58,858 bases of DNA from an uncultured Clostridia bacterium (GCA_905233855.1 CAJOGA010000013.1:1-58858), one strand, 5' to 3'. Shown: positions 29,197 through 39,558, counted from the stretch's first letter. Notes: a model not told the origin generated them from the sequence alone. Translations and numbers: made by a program.

Positions 29197-29875
29197 CGTA
29201 ACCGTACACCCCTTTTGTTTCGTCACGAACCACAAGCCCGTCCTCTATAGCTATAACCCTCTTTTTCATTGCATTAACAATATCTTTGGCATGGGTTGCC
29301 ATAATAATTGTTGTGCCTCGTTTGTTTATCAGATCAAAAATTTGCATAATCTCGTCAGCCGTTGACGGATTCAAGTTGCCCGTAGGCTCATCCGCAATTA
29401 AAATAGACGGATTATTCACCAACGCTCTTGCCAACGCCACTCTTTGCTGCTCGCCGCCCGACAGCTGTTTAGGCAGCATTTTTGCCTTATGAGACAACCC
29501 CACACTGCTTAATACCGACGGCACACGACGTCTTATTTCGCGTTTTGTCGCACCTATAACACGCATGGCAAATGCCACATTTTCAAAAACGTTTCTATCC
29601 TCCAATAATCTGAAGTCCTGAAACACAACGCCTATTTTTCGTCTTAAATACGGTATATCATCCTCACGCAACAAGGTTACATCTTCCCCGTCAACATATA
29701 CATGACCTGATGTTACATTCTCCTCACGCATCAAAAGCTTGGTGATTGTCGTTTTTCCGGCACCGCTCGGGCCCACCAAAAACACAAATTCACCCTTTTC
29801 TATAATAAGATTAACGTCGTCCAGTGCTTTAGTGCCGTTTTCATACACCTTGACGACATCCTGCAAAACTATCAA
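29189..29875 (-). CDS. ftsE: cell division ATP-binding protein FtsE
   Basis: Walker A GPSGAGKTT, signature LSGGEQQRVALARAL and Walker B ILIADEPTG. Confidence 0.93.
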   Translation of the reverse strand: MIVLQDVVKVYENGTKALDDVNLIIEKGEFVFLVGPSGAGKTTITKLLMREENVTSGHVYVDGEDVTLLREDDIPYLRRKIGVVFQDFRLLEDRNVFENVAFAMRVIGATKREIRRRVPSVLSSVGLSHKAKMLPKQLSGGEQQRVALARALVNNPSILIADEPTGNLNPSTADEIMQIFDLINKRGTTIIMATHAKDIVNAMKKRVIAIEDGLVVRDETKGVYGYDA

Positions 29876-29950
29876 ACCATTACCCTCCAGCCGTAGCTAA
29901 TAAATCCAAACCCGCCCAAAGCGTTCTTCGGGCGGGATATATCTGTTAAA

Positions 29951-31036
29951 TCATATTTTCATTGGATTGGAAATAAGATATTTATTAACCATCATTGCAA
30001 CTTTAAACACGATTGCCTGGTCAAATTTTCTCAAATCCAAGCCTGTTATTTTATATATCTTTTCCAAGCGGTAAACGAGAGTGTTTCTGTGTACAAACAA
30101 CTGTCTGGACGCTTCGCTTACATTAAGATCATTTTCAAAGAATTTCTGAATTGTGATAATCGTTTCGTCATCAAGAGAGTTAATATCGCCCTTCTTGAAC
30201 ACTTCAGACAGGAACATTTCACAAAGCTTTGTAGGCAACTGATATATAAGCCTGCCTATACCCAATTTATTGTAGTATAAAATATCGTTTTCGGTATCAA
30301 ACACCTTGCCAACTTCCAAAGCTACCTGTGCCTCTTTGAAAGAATTGGCAACGTTATCTATATTATTTACAACTGTTCCCACACCCACAGACACTTTTGA
30401 CATAGTTTCTGAACCGAGAGTATCTATAATGGTTGCGGCCGTTTTTTCAACCTGTTTGTCTATATTTGTGCCAAAAAATTCCTTTATTACAACTATATTT
30501 TCCTTGTCCATGCTTATTACAAAATCGCTGTCCTTTTTAGGGAACATTCTGCTGAGCACGTCAAAGCTTTCGTTTTCGGTATCCTTATCTGTTTTAACTG
30601 TAAACACACAACGCGGAACTTCCGCATTTATCTGCAATTCTCTTGCTTTTTGATGAAGGTCAAAGGACATTAAATTATCGAATATTATGTTTTTCATAAA
30701 TGTTGCCTTATCGTATTTTTCGTTGTAGTAGAAACGTACGTTTGAGATTGCAACAGCCAACGCTTTACAGCATGCAACGCTGTCATTGTTCACACCTTCA
30801 ACATATACAAGGTATTCGTATTTGTGTTCATTTGAGATGCTCTTGATTATGTAGCCGGACTGTATTGCAACATCCTCATTGGTCGGCCACGAATAGATAA
30901 ACGAATCCACCACTTCCTGTACCGGTTCTCTGCCTGTCGACACCAACACAAGACCATTATAGTCTATTACGCCAAAGTTCAGATTAAACGCATCGGTCAT
31001 TTGATTAACAATATTTTGGAACGCTTCACTTATCAT
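29951..31036 (-). CDS. PucR/CdaR family transcriptional regulator
   Basis: C-terminal HTH ASRQLFVHRNTLVYRLEKIYKITGLDLR. Confidence 0.8.
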   Translation of the reverse strand: MISEAFQNIVNQMTDAFNLNFGVIDYNGLVLVSTGREPVQEVVDSFIYSWPTNEDVAIQSGYIIKSISNEHKYEYLVYVEGVNNDSVACCKALAVAISNVRFYYNEKYDKATFMKNIIFDNLMSFDLHQKARELQINAEVPRCVFTVKTDKDTENESFDVLSRMFPKKDSDFVISMDKENIVVIKEFFGTNIDKQVEKTAATIIDTLGSETMSKVSVGVGTVVNNIDNVANSFKEAQVALEVGKVFDTENDILYYNKLGIGRLIYQLPTKLCEMFLSEVFKKGDINSLDDETIITIQKFFENDLNVSEASRQLFVHRNTLVYRLEKIYKITGLDLRKFDQAIVFKVAMMVNKYLISNPMKI

Positions 31037-31151
31037 AAATACTCGCATCCTTTCTTCATAACTATACACTGTATATAATAACTCTTTTTCTTTAACATTT
31101 CAAGCAAAAACACAAAAATTTTTGTGAATTTTTTGTTAAAAAAGATAAATT

Positions 31152-32021
31152 TCAGTGATTTATTTGTATGTATTGCGATGGAGTAAGCCCTGTTTGCTCC
31201 TTAAACACCTTTGACAAATGCTGTGATGATGAAAAATTAAGTAAAGCGGCGGTTTCGGTAACCGAATGTGTTTTCAAAAGCTCGCAAGCAAGGTTTATCT
31301 TGCTTTGCAGGATATATTCATGTACGGTAATTCCCATTTCTTTTTTGAACAAAGTCATCATTCTTGCACGGGAATAGTTCAAATGTGAAGCTATCATGTC
31401 AATATCAAGCTCTTCATTAAAAAGATTGTTTTGTATAAACGTCATCGTCTCCATCTGCTCCGGCGACACAGAAACATGGGTGCTGCTTTCGTCGCTGATT
31501 TTCCTGTTAAAATCCGCAAGCTCCAATATAAATAACGTCAGCATTTCACAAGCCCTGAGCATGCAGCTTTTATTCGGATTAAGCATCAAATCAAATGCAC
31601 GTGTAAATTGCAGGCTTACCGATTGCGGCACACGAATCAAATGACGATTGATACTTTTCAGCTCCTGTTTTAAAAAGTCCGAACATTCAGGGGTTTGCTT
31701 GAGCAAAGCAGGACAGCTTTCGTCCAACTGTATCCAGTACAAATGTCCTCGCAGTTGTCTGAACTCGCCGGTGGAATGACATTCATGCGGTTTCGTTATA
31801 AATACTTCACCGCCGTGCAGGTTATACATCTGTGCATTTATATCACCGTCTGACGGCGGATATATATAATAAGGCTGTATTCCGTTTTTCATATAACAGA
31901 TTTCATAGCAACTGCCATGGTCATGCTTAGACATTGCCGGAACAGGCGTTTTGTGCGAATAATAGCCGAACAAAGTTATTCCGCAGTCCTTGAATATAAG
32001 TTCTGTTCTTTCATTAGGCAT
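31152..32021 (-). CDS. AraC family transcriptional regulator (cupin plus HTH)
   Basis: C-terminus LNYSRARMMTLFKKEMGITVHEYI...LLNFSSSQHLSKVFKEQTGLTPSQY. Strong RBS GGAGGAAAGATATG. Confidence 0.85.
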   Translation of the reverse strand: MPNERTELIFKDCGITLFGYYSHKTPVPAMSKHDHGSCYEICYMKNGIQPYYIYPPSDGDINAQMYNLHGGEVFITKPHECHSTGEFRQLRGHLYWIQLDESCPALLKQTPECSDFLKQELKSINRHLIRVPQSVSLQFTRAFDLMLNPNKSCMLRACEMLTLFILELADFNRKISDESSTHVSVSPEQMETMTFIQNNLFNEELDIDMIASHLNYSRARMMTLFKKEMGITVHEYILQSKINLACELLKTHSVTETAALLNFSSSQHLSKVFKEQTGLTPSQYIQINH

Positions 32022-32153
32022 ATCTTTCCTCCAAACAGCAAATGTACAAAATTGTTTTGTGATATATTTTGAACGACGCACAAAATATTGTATATTATAA
32101 TTGTAATAGTCGTGTTAAGTAATGTCAAGATTTGTTCGGGAGTGTGTATTATT

Positions 32154-33119
32154 ATGTCAGATTTATTTCAGGCAATACGTATGGAGCATCCGGATACTAT
32201 ACCTGTCAGCGTGAGTATATTGCCTGCCACATGGATGAAATACGGCGATGAGCTTCAGCGTTTAACAGATCAATATCCGCAATTTTTCGGCGGACGCAAG
32301 GTTAATGTTGACGAACTTAAATCGCGTATCAAAGACAGCTACCGCGAAGGAAACTGGACAGATGAATGGGGTTGTGTCTGGGAAAACGTACACACAGGTG
32401 CGGAAGGATATGTTACGGGGCACCCTCTTAAAACAGAAGAAGATGTTTATAACCTTCAAATTCCGACAAACCGCGACGGACGTTTGCCTCACGGTTTTAT
32501 GTATCTTCGTCTTTTGGATTTATGCGGTTTTGAAAACGCAATGATGTATTTTGCCGAAGAAGGCAAAACAATCGAAACTCTGATAGATAAAGTGCTTGAA
32601 TACAATATTTATCAGATTGCATCAGCACTTCCGAAAATGAGAAAGATGCCGTGGTTTGGCGATGATCTCGGTATGCAAACCGGTCTTGCCATAGGTGCCG
32701 AGGCTTGGCGTAAATACTTAAAACCGTGTTACCGTAAGCTGTACGGAATGGTTAAGGCATATGATCCGGAAATAATGATCTATATGCACACCGACGGTTG
32801 CATATATGAAATTATGCCGGATCTTGTCGAGTGCGAAGTGGATATTATAAATCCTCAGTTCCGGGCGAACGGGCTGGACAATTTAGTGCGTGTCTGCCGC
32901 AAGGAGCAAACCATCACAATAGACCTCGACCTTGACCGTCAGTTGTTCCCGTTTGCAACCCGTTCACAGCTTTTTGACCATATAGGCCAGTGTGTTGAGG
33001 CGTTGTATATGCCGGAGGGCGGACTTGGTTTGGCTGCCGAAATAAACGATGACGTTCCGCTTGAAAATGTGGCGGCAATTTTGGATGCTTTGGAAAAATA
33101 CAGACATTACAAAGGTTGA
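32154..33119 (+). CDS. uroporphyrinogen decarboxylase (URO-D) family protein of unknown substrate
   Basis: 322 aa. The family pattern (GDDLGMQ, MHTDG, IINPQ) was recognised by eye only. It is divergent from the AraC regulator. Confidence 0.5.
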   Translation: MSDLFQAIRMEHPDTIPVSVSILPATWMKYGDELQRLTDQYPQFFGGRKVNVDELKSRIKDSYREGNWTDEWGCVWENVHTGAEGYVTGHPLKTEEDVYNLQIPTNRDGRLPHGFMYLRLLDLCGFENAMMYFAEEGKTIETLIDKVLEYNIYQIASALPKMRKMPWFGDDLGMQTGLAIGAEAWRKYLKPCYRKLYGMVKAYDPEIMIYMHTDGCIYEIMPDLVECEVDIINPQFRANGLDNLVRVCRKEQTITIDLDLDRQLFPFATRSQLFDHIGQCVEALYMPEGGLGLAAEINDDVPLENVAAILDALEKYRHYKG

Positions 33120-33136
33120 TGATAACAGCCCATAAA

Positions 33137-33178
33137 TAAAAATGCGATGCAAACCTTTAGCTTACATCGCATTTTTTA
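33137..33178. terminator. bidirectional terminator
   Basis: AAAAATGCGATG-CAAACCTTTAGCTTA-CATCGCATTTTTT. Confidence 0.8.
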
Positions 33179-33185
33179 ATTCATT

Positions 33186-33734
33186 TCATATTTCAAGATG
33201 TCTGCCTATCACCCCGGCAGCGGACTCGGCAAGCTTACTTTCAACTTCGCCGATTTTCTGTGTGTTGTCAGAGTCTGAAAAGAACACCACGCTGCCTACA
33301 GGATCGCCCTCGGAAACGATAGGCACAACTACTCCGGCATAGTATTTATCCACACCGTCCGCTATAGGCACAAGCTTTGTGTCGCCGTTTTTATGAGTGT
33401 AGTTGACCTTATCGGTCATAAACTGCTCCAATTCAGTGCTGACAGTTTTTTCGTTAAGATCCTTCTTAGGCACACCCGACACCGCTATAATGTTGTCCCT
33501 GTCGGTTATGCACGCTGCCTGACCGCTTGTTCGTGCCAATGTTTCGGCGTATTCTGTGGCAAGGTCTGATAATCCTCCTACAGGTGAATACTTTTTGAAA
33601 ATAACTTCGCCTTCCTTATCGGTGTATATTTCCAGTGAATCGCCCTCGCGTATACGCATTGTACGGCGGATTTCCTTTGGTATTACAACTCTGCCCAAAT
33701 CGTCTATTCTTCTTACAATTCCGGTTGCTTTCAT
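33186..33734 (-). CDS. spoVT: stage V sporulation protein T (AbrB-family regulator)
   Basis: MKATGIVRRIDDLGRVVIPKEIRRTMRIREGDSLEIY, a SpoVT/AbrB swapped-hairpin N-terminus, plus a GAF-like C-terminus. Confidence 0.93.
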   Translation of the reverse strand: MKATGIVRRIDDLGRVVIPKEIRRTMRIREGDSLEIYTDKEGEVIFKKYSPVGGLSDLATEYAETLARTSGQAACITDRDNIIAVSGVPKKDLNEKTVSTELEQFMTDKVNYTHKNGDTKLVPIADGVDKYYAGVVVPIVSEGDPVGSVVFFSDSDNTQKIGEVESKLAESAAGVIGRHLEI

Positions 33735-33834
33735 ATATAAATCTCCTTTATTTCAAATTTTGGGACGGTATTAGTATGTGTAAACAAAGGAGATTTATAC
33801 TTGATTTTTTTTATTGTATTAATTATTTTGAATT

Positions 33835-35052
33835 TTATCTTATACCATATTTTTCTATAATATAATCCATATCTTTATCGCCTCTGCCTGACAGATTAAT
33901 AAGAACAGAACCCTTACCCATCTTTTGTGCAAGCTTAATGCCGTATGCCACAGCGTGTGAACTTTCTATAGCAGGGATTATGCCTTCCATACGCGACAAT
34001 TCAAAGAATGCATCTATAGTATCGTCATCGTTTACAACGTCATATTTAACTCTGCCGATATCATGCAGGAACGCATGCTCAGGTCCGCTGGACGGATAGT
34101 CCAAACCGCTGGCAATAGAATATACAGGTGCAGGATCGCCGTTTTTGTCCTTAAGCATGATACTGTTAAATCCGTGCATAACGCCTTCGCTGCCGTACGT
34201 AATGCTTGCGGCATGATCGCCCAAAGCTGTTCCTCTGCCAAGAGGTTCAACACCGTATATTTCAACAGGATCGTTTAAAAATCCGGAGAAAAATCCCATT
34301 GCGTTTGAACCGCCGCCGACGCATGCAACTATAGCGTCAGGCAATTCGCCGGTCATAGACAAAAACTGCTCTCTTGCCTCTATGCCGACAACGCTTTGAA
34401 AATCACGAACCATCATAGGGAACGGATGAGGTCCAACTACAGAGCCTATGCAATATATAGCATCTTTATATTCTTTGCAATAAGCGTCAAATGCTGCATC
34501 CACAGCCTCTTTCAACGTTTGCAGACCGTCGGTTACCTCAACAACTCTTGCACCCAAAATTTTCATTCTGGCAACGTTCGGTGCCTGTTTTTTAACGTCA
34601 ACCGCACCCATGTATATATCGCACTCAAGTCCAAAATATGCCGCAGCAGTTGCAAGAGCAACACCATGTTGACCGGCACCTGTTTCGGCAATAACCTTTT
34701 TCTTGCCCATATATTTTGCCAAAAGCACCTCGCCCATACAATGGTTAAGTTTGTGTGCACCGGTGTGATTCAAATCTTCACGTTTAACATAGAGTTGAAC
34801 ATTGCCCAATTTGCCTGAAAGTCTTTCCAGATAGGATATAGGCGTTGGTCTGCCCTGAAATTCTTTGCGGATTCTTCTTAATTCGCTTATGAATTTACTG
34901 GATTTACATATTGTCTGGTATGCCTCACTGATTTCGTCCATTGCAGCTTGCAGCTCCGGCGGGATATACGAGCCGCCGTATTTTCCAAAATACCCTTTAT
35001 CGTCCGGGTAGTTTTTAAAGTATGTGCTAAAATCGATGTTGTTAAATTCCAT
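33835..35052 (-). CDS. trpB: tryptophan synthase beta chain-like PLP enzyme, stand-alone
   Basis: [23 protein letters not shown] (PLP lysine) and [11 protein letters not shown] 35052 follows GGAGG. No trpA is adjacent. Confidence 0.88.
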   Translation of the reverse strand: MEFNNIDFSTYFKNYPDDKGYFGKYGGSYIPPELQAAMDEISEAYQTICKSSKFISELRRIRKEFQGRPTPISYLERLSGKLGNVQLYVKREDLNHTGAHKLNHCMGEVLLAKYMGKKKVIAETGAGQHGVALATAAAYFGLECDIYMGAVDVKKQAPNVARMKILGARVVEVTDGLQTLKEAVDAAFDAYCKEYKDAIYCIGSVVGPHPFPMMVRDFQSVVGIEAREQFLSMTGELPDAIVACVGGGSNAMGFFSGFLNDPVEIYGVEPLGRGTALGDHAASITYGSEGVMHGFNSIMLKDKNGDPAPVYSIASGLDYPSSGPEHAFLHDIGRVKYDVVNDDDTIDAFFELSRMEGIIPAIESSHAVAYGIKLAQKMGKGSVLINLSGRGDKDMDYIIEKYGIR

Positions 35053-35091
35053 TTTATTTTCCTCCATAAATAAATTTTATTTACTAACTGT

Positions 35092-35367
35092 CAAAAACAA
35101 AAACGTCCCTGACAGAAATATACTATCTGTCAAGGACGAACATAAACAAATATCCGCGGTACCACCTTGATTTACGGCTTGAACCGTACACTCAGCAGAG
35201 TACAACCATACTCCCGGCTTCTGACGTTAGCCTTACGTCTGTGCATTTAACACAGCCCTCAGCAGTCCATATTACGCAGGCGTTCTTGCGGAACTCACAC
35301 CATAATCCGCTCGCTTTAAAGACCAACCCTGCCTTTTTTCTGCATCTACGGTTTAGTCTATCAAATT
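35092..35367 (-). promoter_or_regulatory. T-box leader with Trp specifier (UGG)
   Basis: Minus strand carries GCGUAAUA-UGG-A (UGG at 35267-35269), the T-box AUCAAGGUGGUACCGCGG (35154-35171) and the terminator GUCCUUGACAG...CUGUCAGGGAC followed by a U run. Confidence 0.85.
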
Positions 35368-35373
35368 TTCTTC

Positions 35374-35402
35374 ATAATATCATACCAAAAATTTTTTGTC
35401 AA
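35374..35402 (-). promoter_or_regulatory. sigma-A promoter of the Trp T-box leader
   Basis: Minus strand has TTGACA (35397-35402), a 17-nt spacer and TGATATTAT (-10 at 35374-35379). Confidence 0.7.
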
Positions 35403-35423
35403 TGATTTTTTTAAATTTTTTAT

Positions 35424-35460
35424 CATAAAACGGGCAAGCCTTAAATCCGGCTTGCCCGTC
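35424..35460 (-). terminator. terminator of the SLH protein gene
   Basis: ACGGGCAAGCC-GGATTTAA-GGCTTGCCCGT followed by TTTTA on the minus strand. Confidence 0.7.
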
Positions 35461-35476
35461 ATTTATTTTTATGCTG

Positions 35477-37384
35477 TTATTTTGTGTTCATCTCTCTGAT
35501 GGTTGCGGTTTGTCCTTTAACAGGAATATCCAATGAATTATACATCAATATTGCAATACGGCCTCTTGTTGCATCCTTCTTTCCCGATATAACCAAACCG
35601 GTGTTCATCTTTTTCTCGTTTGCCACTCTTATATAACCGTTAGGATATCCGCCTGCGGCGGTTGCTTCTTCGGTATAACCGAGTGCTGCAACTATCATCT
35701 TAACAGCCTGTTCTTCTGTAACATTGTCGTTAGGTTTGAAGGTTCCGTCCTCAAAGCCGTTTATTATACCTGCATTCTTTGCGGCACCTATATAGCCTTT
35801 TGCCCAATGCTCTGCAGGCACATCACTGAATGTTTCTGCTGTTGAAGCCTCTGTTAAGTTGAACGATCTTGCAACTATGGTTGCAAATTCAGCTCTTGTT
35901 ATATTCTTGTTAGGACCGAATGTGCCGTCCTCATAACCTGTAATTATTCCCAAAGCACCGATTGCATTTGTAGCTTTTTCATAAGACGTATTTGCGGTAT
36001 CAGGAAACAATGTAGGCTCTTTTGTAGGCACAGGTGTAGGAGCAGGCGTTGGTTCAGGATCTTTTCCTTCAGGATTATATACTACGATATTGTCCAAATC
36101 CAAGTATCCGGCATCTTTATCAATTCTGACAATCATCTGTTTTATGGCAGGCTTATCAAACAACGTCGAATCATAATCGATCTCAAACGGGTCTGTTTCG
36201 TCGTCTAAATATACACGTTGCTTCTTTTGTGCAAAATCCAATTCCCATTTGACGTGATGCCATACATCAGGCTCAAGCTCAAATGCCACCGGATTATTTT
36301 TGTTCTGCGGATTAGCTATAATCAAAGCACCCTTATTGCCCAGATATATTCTGCCCTTCATTGATGCGTTTTCATCAAGATAGATATATTTACCGGAACC
36401 TGTAGTATAGTTATTTCCTCTGCAGTCAAATTCTATTATTAAGTTATCACCATACGGTGTTGATTTTAAATTCTGTTTGTAAAGCGCACTGCCTTCTGAA
36501 GCTTCTAAATGAGCATAATTACCTTCCGAAACACCGTCGGTATTTTTGATTGAGAATACTGCCGGATCGGACGCCCACATTCTTGTTGCACCTTCAAAGT
36601 CTTCGGAATACAACGTTTTAAGCATATTCGGCTTAGGCGTCGGCGTTGCGTTCGGGTCCTTGGTAGGTGAAGGTGTCGGAGGCACAAATGCCGGTTTTGG
36701 TGTCGGTGTTGCTGTTTCAACGCCGTCAGGATCATAAATACGTATATTGTCAAGATCCATATAACCCGAATTTGTGTCTGAACGAACAACTATATATTTT
36801 ACATTAGGACTGTCTGATATGCCGTCAACAAAAGCTGTCTCGAACGGTTTTTCTTCGTCGTCAAGATATATTGACTGTTTGCTTGTTTCAAACTCAATTT
36901 CCCATTTAATGTGATGCCAAACGTTCGGCTCAAGCTGAAATGCCTTTGCTTCTGTTTTGTCAACAGCAGCCGATTCTCTGCTGTACATGGTTAAAAATCC
37001 GCCTTTGCTTAAATAAATTCTTCCGTATGACGGATTCTCGCTGAGGTATATGTACTTGCCCGCACCGCCGCCGATGTTATCGCCTCGGTAGTCAAATTCC
37101 ATAACCATTTTTTTACTTGTTAAGCCAACATTCGGTTTGAAAAGAGTATTGCTCTCTCCGGCTTCTATATGAGCATAATAGCCCTCATCAACACCGTCCG
37201 TACTTTTGAGGGTAAATACTGTTCCCGATCCGTTTGTTGCTCCCCAATTTCCTGTTGTTCCGTCAAAATCCTCAAAATAAATCGTTTTGCCGACGTTTGG
37301 TGCTGCTGTTGTTGTTGTAATAGTCATAAGGCTAAGCACCATTACAATTGCAAGCACTATTGATACTACTTTTCTCTTCATCAA
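35477..37384 (-). CDS. cell-surface protein with two tandem jelly-roll-like modules, Pro/Thr linkers and C-terminal SLH domains
   Basis: Signal peptide MMKRKVVSIVLAIVMVLSLMTITTTTAAP. Two paralogous modules of about 190 aa (YFEDFDG...VWHHIKWE... and YSEDFEG...VWHHVKWE...). SLH motifs GYEDGTFGPNKNITRAEFA and GFEDGTFKPNDNVTEEQA. Confidence 0.85.
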   Translation of the reverse strand: MMKRKVVSIVLAIVMVLSLMTITTTTAAPNVGKTIYFEDFDGTTGNWGATNGSGTVFTLKSTDGVDEGYYAHIEAGESNTLFKPNVGLTSKKMVMEFDYRGDNIGGGAGKYIYLSENPSYGRIYLSKGGFLTMYSRESAAVDKTEAKAFQLEPNVWHHIKWEIEFETSKQSIYLDDEEKPFETAFVDGISDSPNVKYIVVRSDTNSGYMDLDNIRIYDPDGVETATPTPKPAFVPPTPSPTKDPNATPTPKPNMLKTLYSEDFEGATRMWASDPAVFSIKNTDGVSEGNYAHLEASEGSALYKQNLKSTPYGDNLIIEFDCRGNNYTTGSGKYIYLDENASMKGRIYLGNKGALIIANPQNKNNPVAFELEPDVWHHVKWELDFAQKKQRVYLDDETDPFEIDYDSTLFDKPAIKQMIVRIDKDAGYLDLDNIVVYNPEGKDPEPTPAPTPVPTKEPTLFPDTANTSYEKATNAIGALGIITGYEDGTFGPNKNITRAEFATIVARSFNLTEASTAETFSDVPAEHWAKGYIGAAKNAGIINGFEDGTFKPNDNVTEEQAVKMIVAALGYTEEATAAGGYPNGYIRVANEKKMNTGLVISGKKDATRGRIAILMYNSLDIPVKGQTATIREMNTK

Positions 37385-37586
37385 TCTGACACGCCTTTCG
37401 TTTTAGTAATATTTTTGAGGTTTCCCTCCTGACTATTATAGTTTTAACACTGTTGATATATAAAAGTCAAATAAATTCCTTTCCCTGCAGATTATCAGAT
37501 ATAACACTTGAAATTATTTAATAAGTATGCTATAGTTTCGCTTAAGGAACACCTTTTTGATATTTTGTATGAAGGGGCTGTAACAA

Positions 37587-38477
37587 ATGAAAACAACGGA
37601 AAACCATAAACGCAGAAATTTATCTCTTATAAACGTTGACATAAAACCGTTGGCAAAGTTACTTTTAACCTTTGTAATAATGGTTCTGTTGGTTTTTGTT
37701 GTCTATAAATTCAATATTCCCAATCCCAATATGATTCTTATAGCCGGGCTGGTTATATGCTCTGCATTGTTCGGATATTACGGCGGCGTAGTGGCAACAA
37801 TCATAATGTTCGGTTATACGCTTTTCTTCTTTTCAAAAGGGAACGACTTTATAACTTTTGATTTAGTGAACAGAAATAAGGTTATTGTTTCTTTTATCGG
37901 AATAATTGTAGACATGATTTTTGTATGTGAGTTAAAACGACGTATGGATAAGTCGTTTCGTGAAGTTCGAAGCTTGACAAATAAGCTGAGCGAGGACAAT
38001 GTACGCCTTCATGAAGCATCTCAAATTGACAGCCTGACTAAAATCAAAAATCGCCTTGCACTTCGTTTGGACTATAACTCGTACACCGGAAAGACACTGG
38101 CTGTAGCAATGATAGATATAGACAATTTCAAGCAACTGAATGACCAATATGGTCATATTATAGGCGATAAAGTGCTTGAGGCAACGGGCAGATTACTTTC
38201 CGACCTCTTTGGGCAGAACAACTCATATCGGTACGGCGGCGATGAGTTTCTTATAATAGTGCCGGATCCGGACAAAGACGAATTTGAAACAAAGTTGCAG
38301 CACTTGGCAAAAAACAGTCCGCATATTAATTCAGGCGAAAAGGTAGTTATAGCAAATTATTCCATAGGATATCTGTGTGAAACAGAATCGGCAGAATATC
38401 CGTTACGTTCCATGATTTCCGATGCTGATGACCGTATGTACGAAGACAAGCGCAGAACAAAAAATACAAATCGTTAG
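37587..38477 (+). CDS. membrane-associated diguanylate cyclase (GGDEF)
   Basis: N-terminal TM helices, then DSLTKIKNRLAL...DIDNFKQLNDQYGH..GD...RYGGDEFLII. Confidence 0.9.
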   Translation: MKTTENHKRRNLSLINVDIKPLAKLLLTFVIMVLLVFVVYKFNIPNPNMILIAGLVICSALFGYYGGVVATIIMFGYTLFFFSKGNDFITFDLVNRNKVIVSFIGIIVDMIFVCELKRRMDKSFREVRSLTNKLSEDNVRLHEASQIDSLTKIKNRLALRLDYNSYTGKTLAVAMIDIDNFKQLNDQYGHIIGDKVLEATGRLLSDLFGQNNSYRYGGDEFLIIVPDPDKDEFETKLQHLAKNSPHINSGEKVVIANYSIGYLCETESAEYPLRSMISDADDRMYEDKRRTKNTNR

Positions 38478-38521
38478 TTTAATACAATTCATGAGCCGAT
38501 CTTAATTCAGACCGGTCCTTC

Positions 38522-38607
38522 ATACTGTCGAAACAGTCGCCCGACCGCAGAAATATTATTATTTGCGGTCAGCGGCTTTTTTGCGTTTGTTACGCAAAAC
38601 CATATTT
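38522..38607 (+). repeat. ~85-nt conserved structured module, copy B
   Basis: ACTGTCGAAACAGTCGCCCGACCGCAGAAATATTATTATTTGCGGTCAGCGGCTTTTTTGCGTTTGTTACGCAAAACCATAT. It is followed by unrelated perfect hairpins, including GTACCATCTGTCG-GAAGA-CGACAGATGGTAC at 38670-38700. Confidence 0.85.
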
Positions 38608-38991
38608 AATGCCTACCGAACAAATGCTTTTTCGAAAGCATTTCAATGAAATTGATTGACCACCTGTTTGTACCATCTGTCGGAAGACGACAGATGGTAC
38701 AAAGTGCAAGGCTTTATTTATAATCTCTCGAGCGAAAACGATGCTCCACATTTTCTGCCAAATCCGGAGGTCCTGCATAAAAACTTAAACCATGAACAGT
38801 AACCCACGCAACATGTTTGCTTTATGTGCTTTTTCGATTATATTTTTCAAAAAAACTTTTTGAATTTTATTTTTTTATGTTGATTTTTTTATTGAAATAT
38901 GTTAAAGTTTTGATGGTTATTGTATAAATATGGTCTCTTTTAGATTTTCGGTTTATACCCTTTAATTCAACAGTTGAGGAGCGATTTAACA

Positions 38992-39483
38992 ATGGATAAT
39001 AATGACGCACATAATTATATAACAGAAAAACCGTTCAAAGAAATTACCATTACGGATATAACCAAAAAAGCAAACATTTCAAGAATGACGTTTTACCGTT
39101 ATTATACCTGCAAAGAGGATATACTTCTTGATCATTTGGCAAAAGTTGTAGAAAAATACAATTTGGATTCTTCAATAGGTCAAAATTTTTATAATGAAGA
39201 CACCTGGAGAGAGCTTGTAGATTTAATGAAAAAATCAAGTTCTATGGAGCTTTATTTAAAAGCGGGACTTATGAAACATTTCTTACCTATATTGAGAAAA
39301 TATCTTATAAATACATATAAAAACATTTTTCACAAGGACGTAGAAAACGATGAAGTTTTATTGTCGGTTAATATGCATATGGGTGCCCTGTTTGGAATTA
39401 TCCGTTTTTTGCATGACAATAATTGGGATGTTGACACCGATTTGATTGTGAAAAGTATTATGTCTTTGGAAAAAGCAGATTAA
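38992..39483 (+). CDS. TetR/AcrR family transcriptional regulator
   Basis: ITITDITKKANISRMTFYRYYTCKEDIL HTH. RBS is GAGGAG. Confidence 0.85.
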   Translation: MDNNDAHNYITEKPFKEITITDITKKANISRMTFYRYYTCKEDILLDHLAKVVEKYNLDSSIGQNFYNEDTWRELVDLMKKSSSMELYLKAGLMKHFLPILRKYLINTYKNIFHKDVENDEVLLSVNMHMGALFGIIRFLHDNNWDVDTDLIVKSIMSLEKAD

Positions 39484-39558
39484 CAAGTCATCAATAAACA
39501 CAATCCCCCGAAAGTCTTGATACAAGAATCTTTCGGGGGCTGTTTTTATAATACGGTT

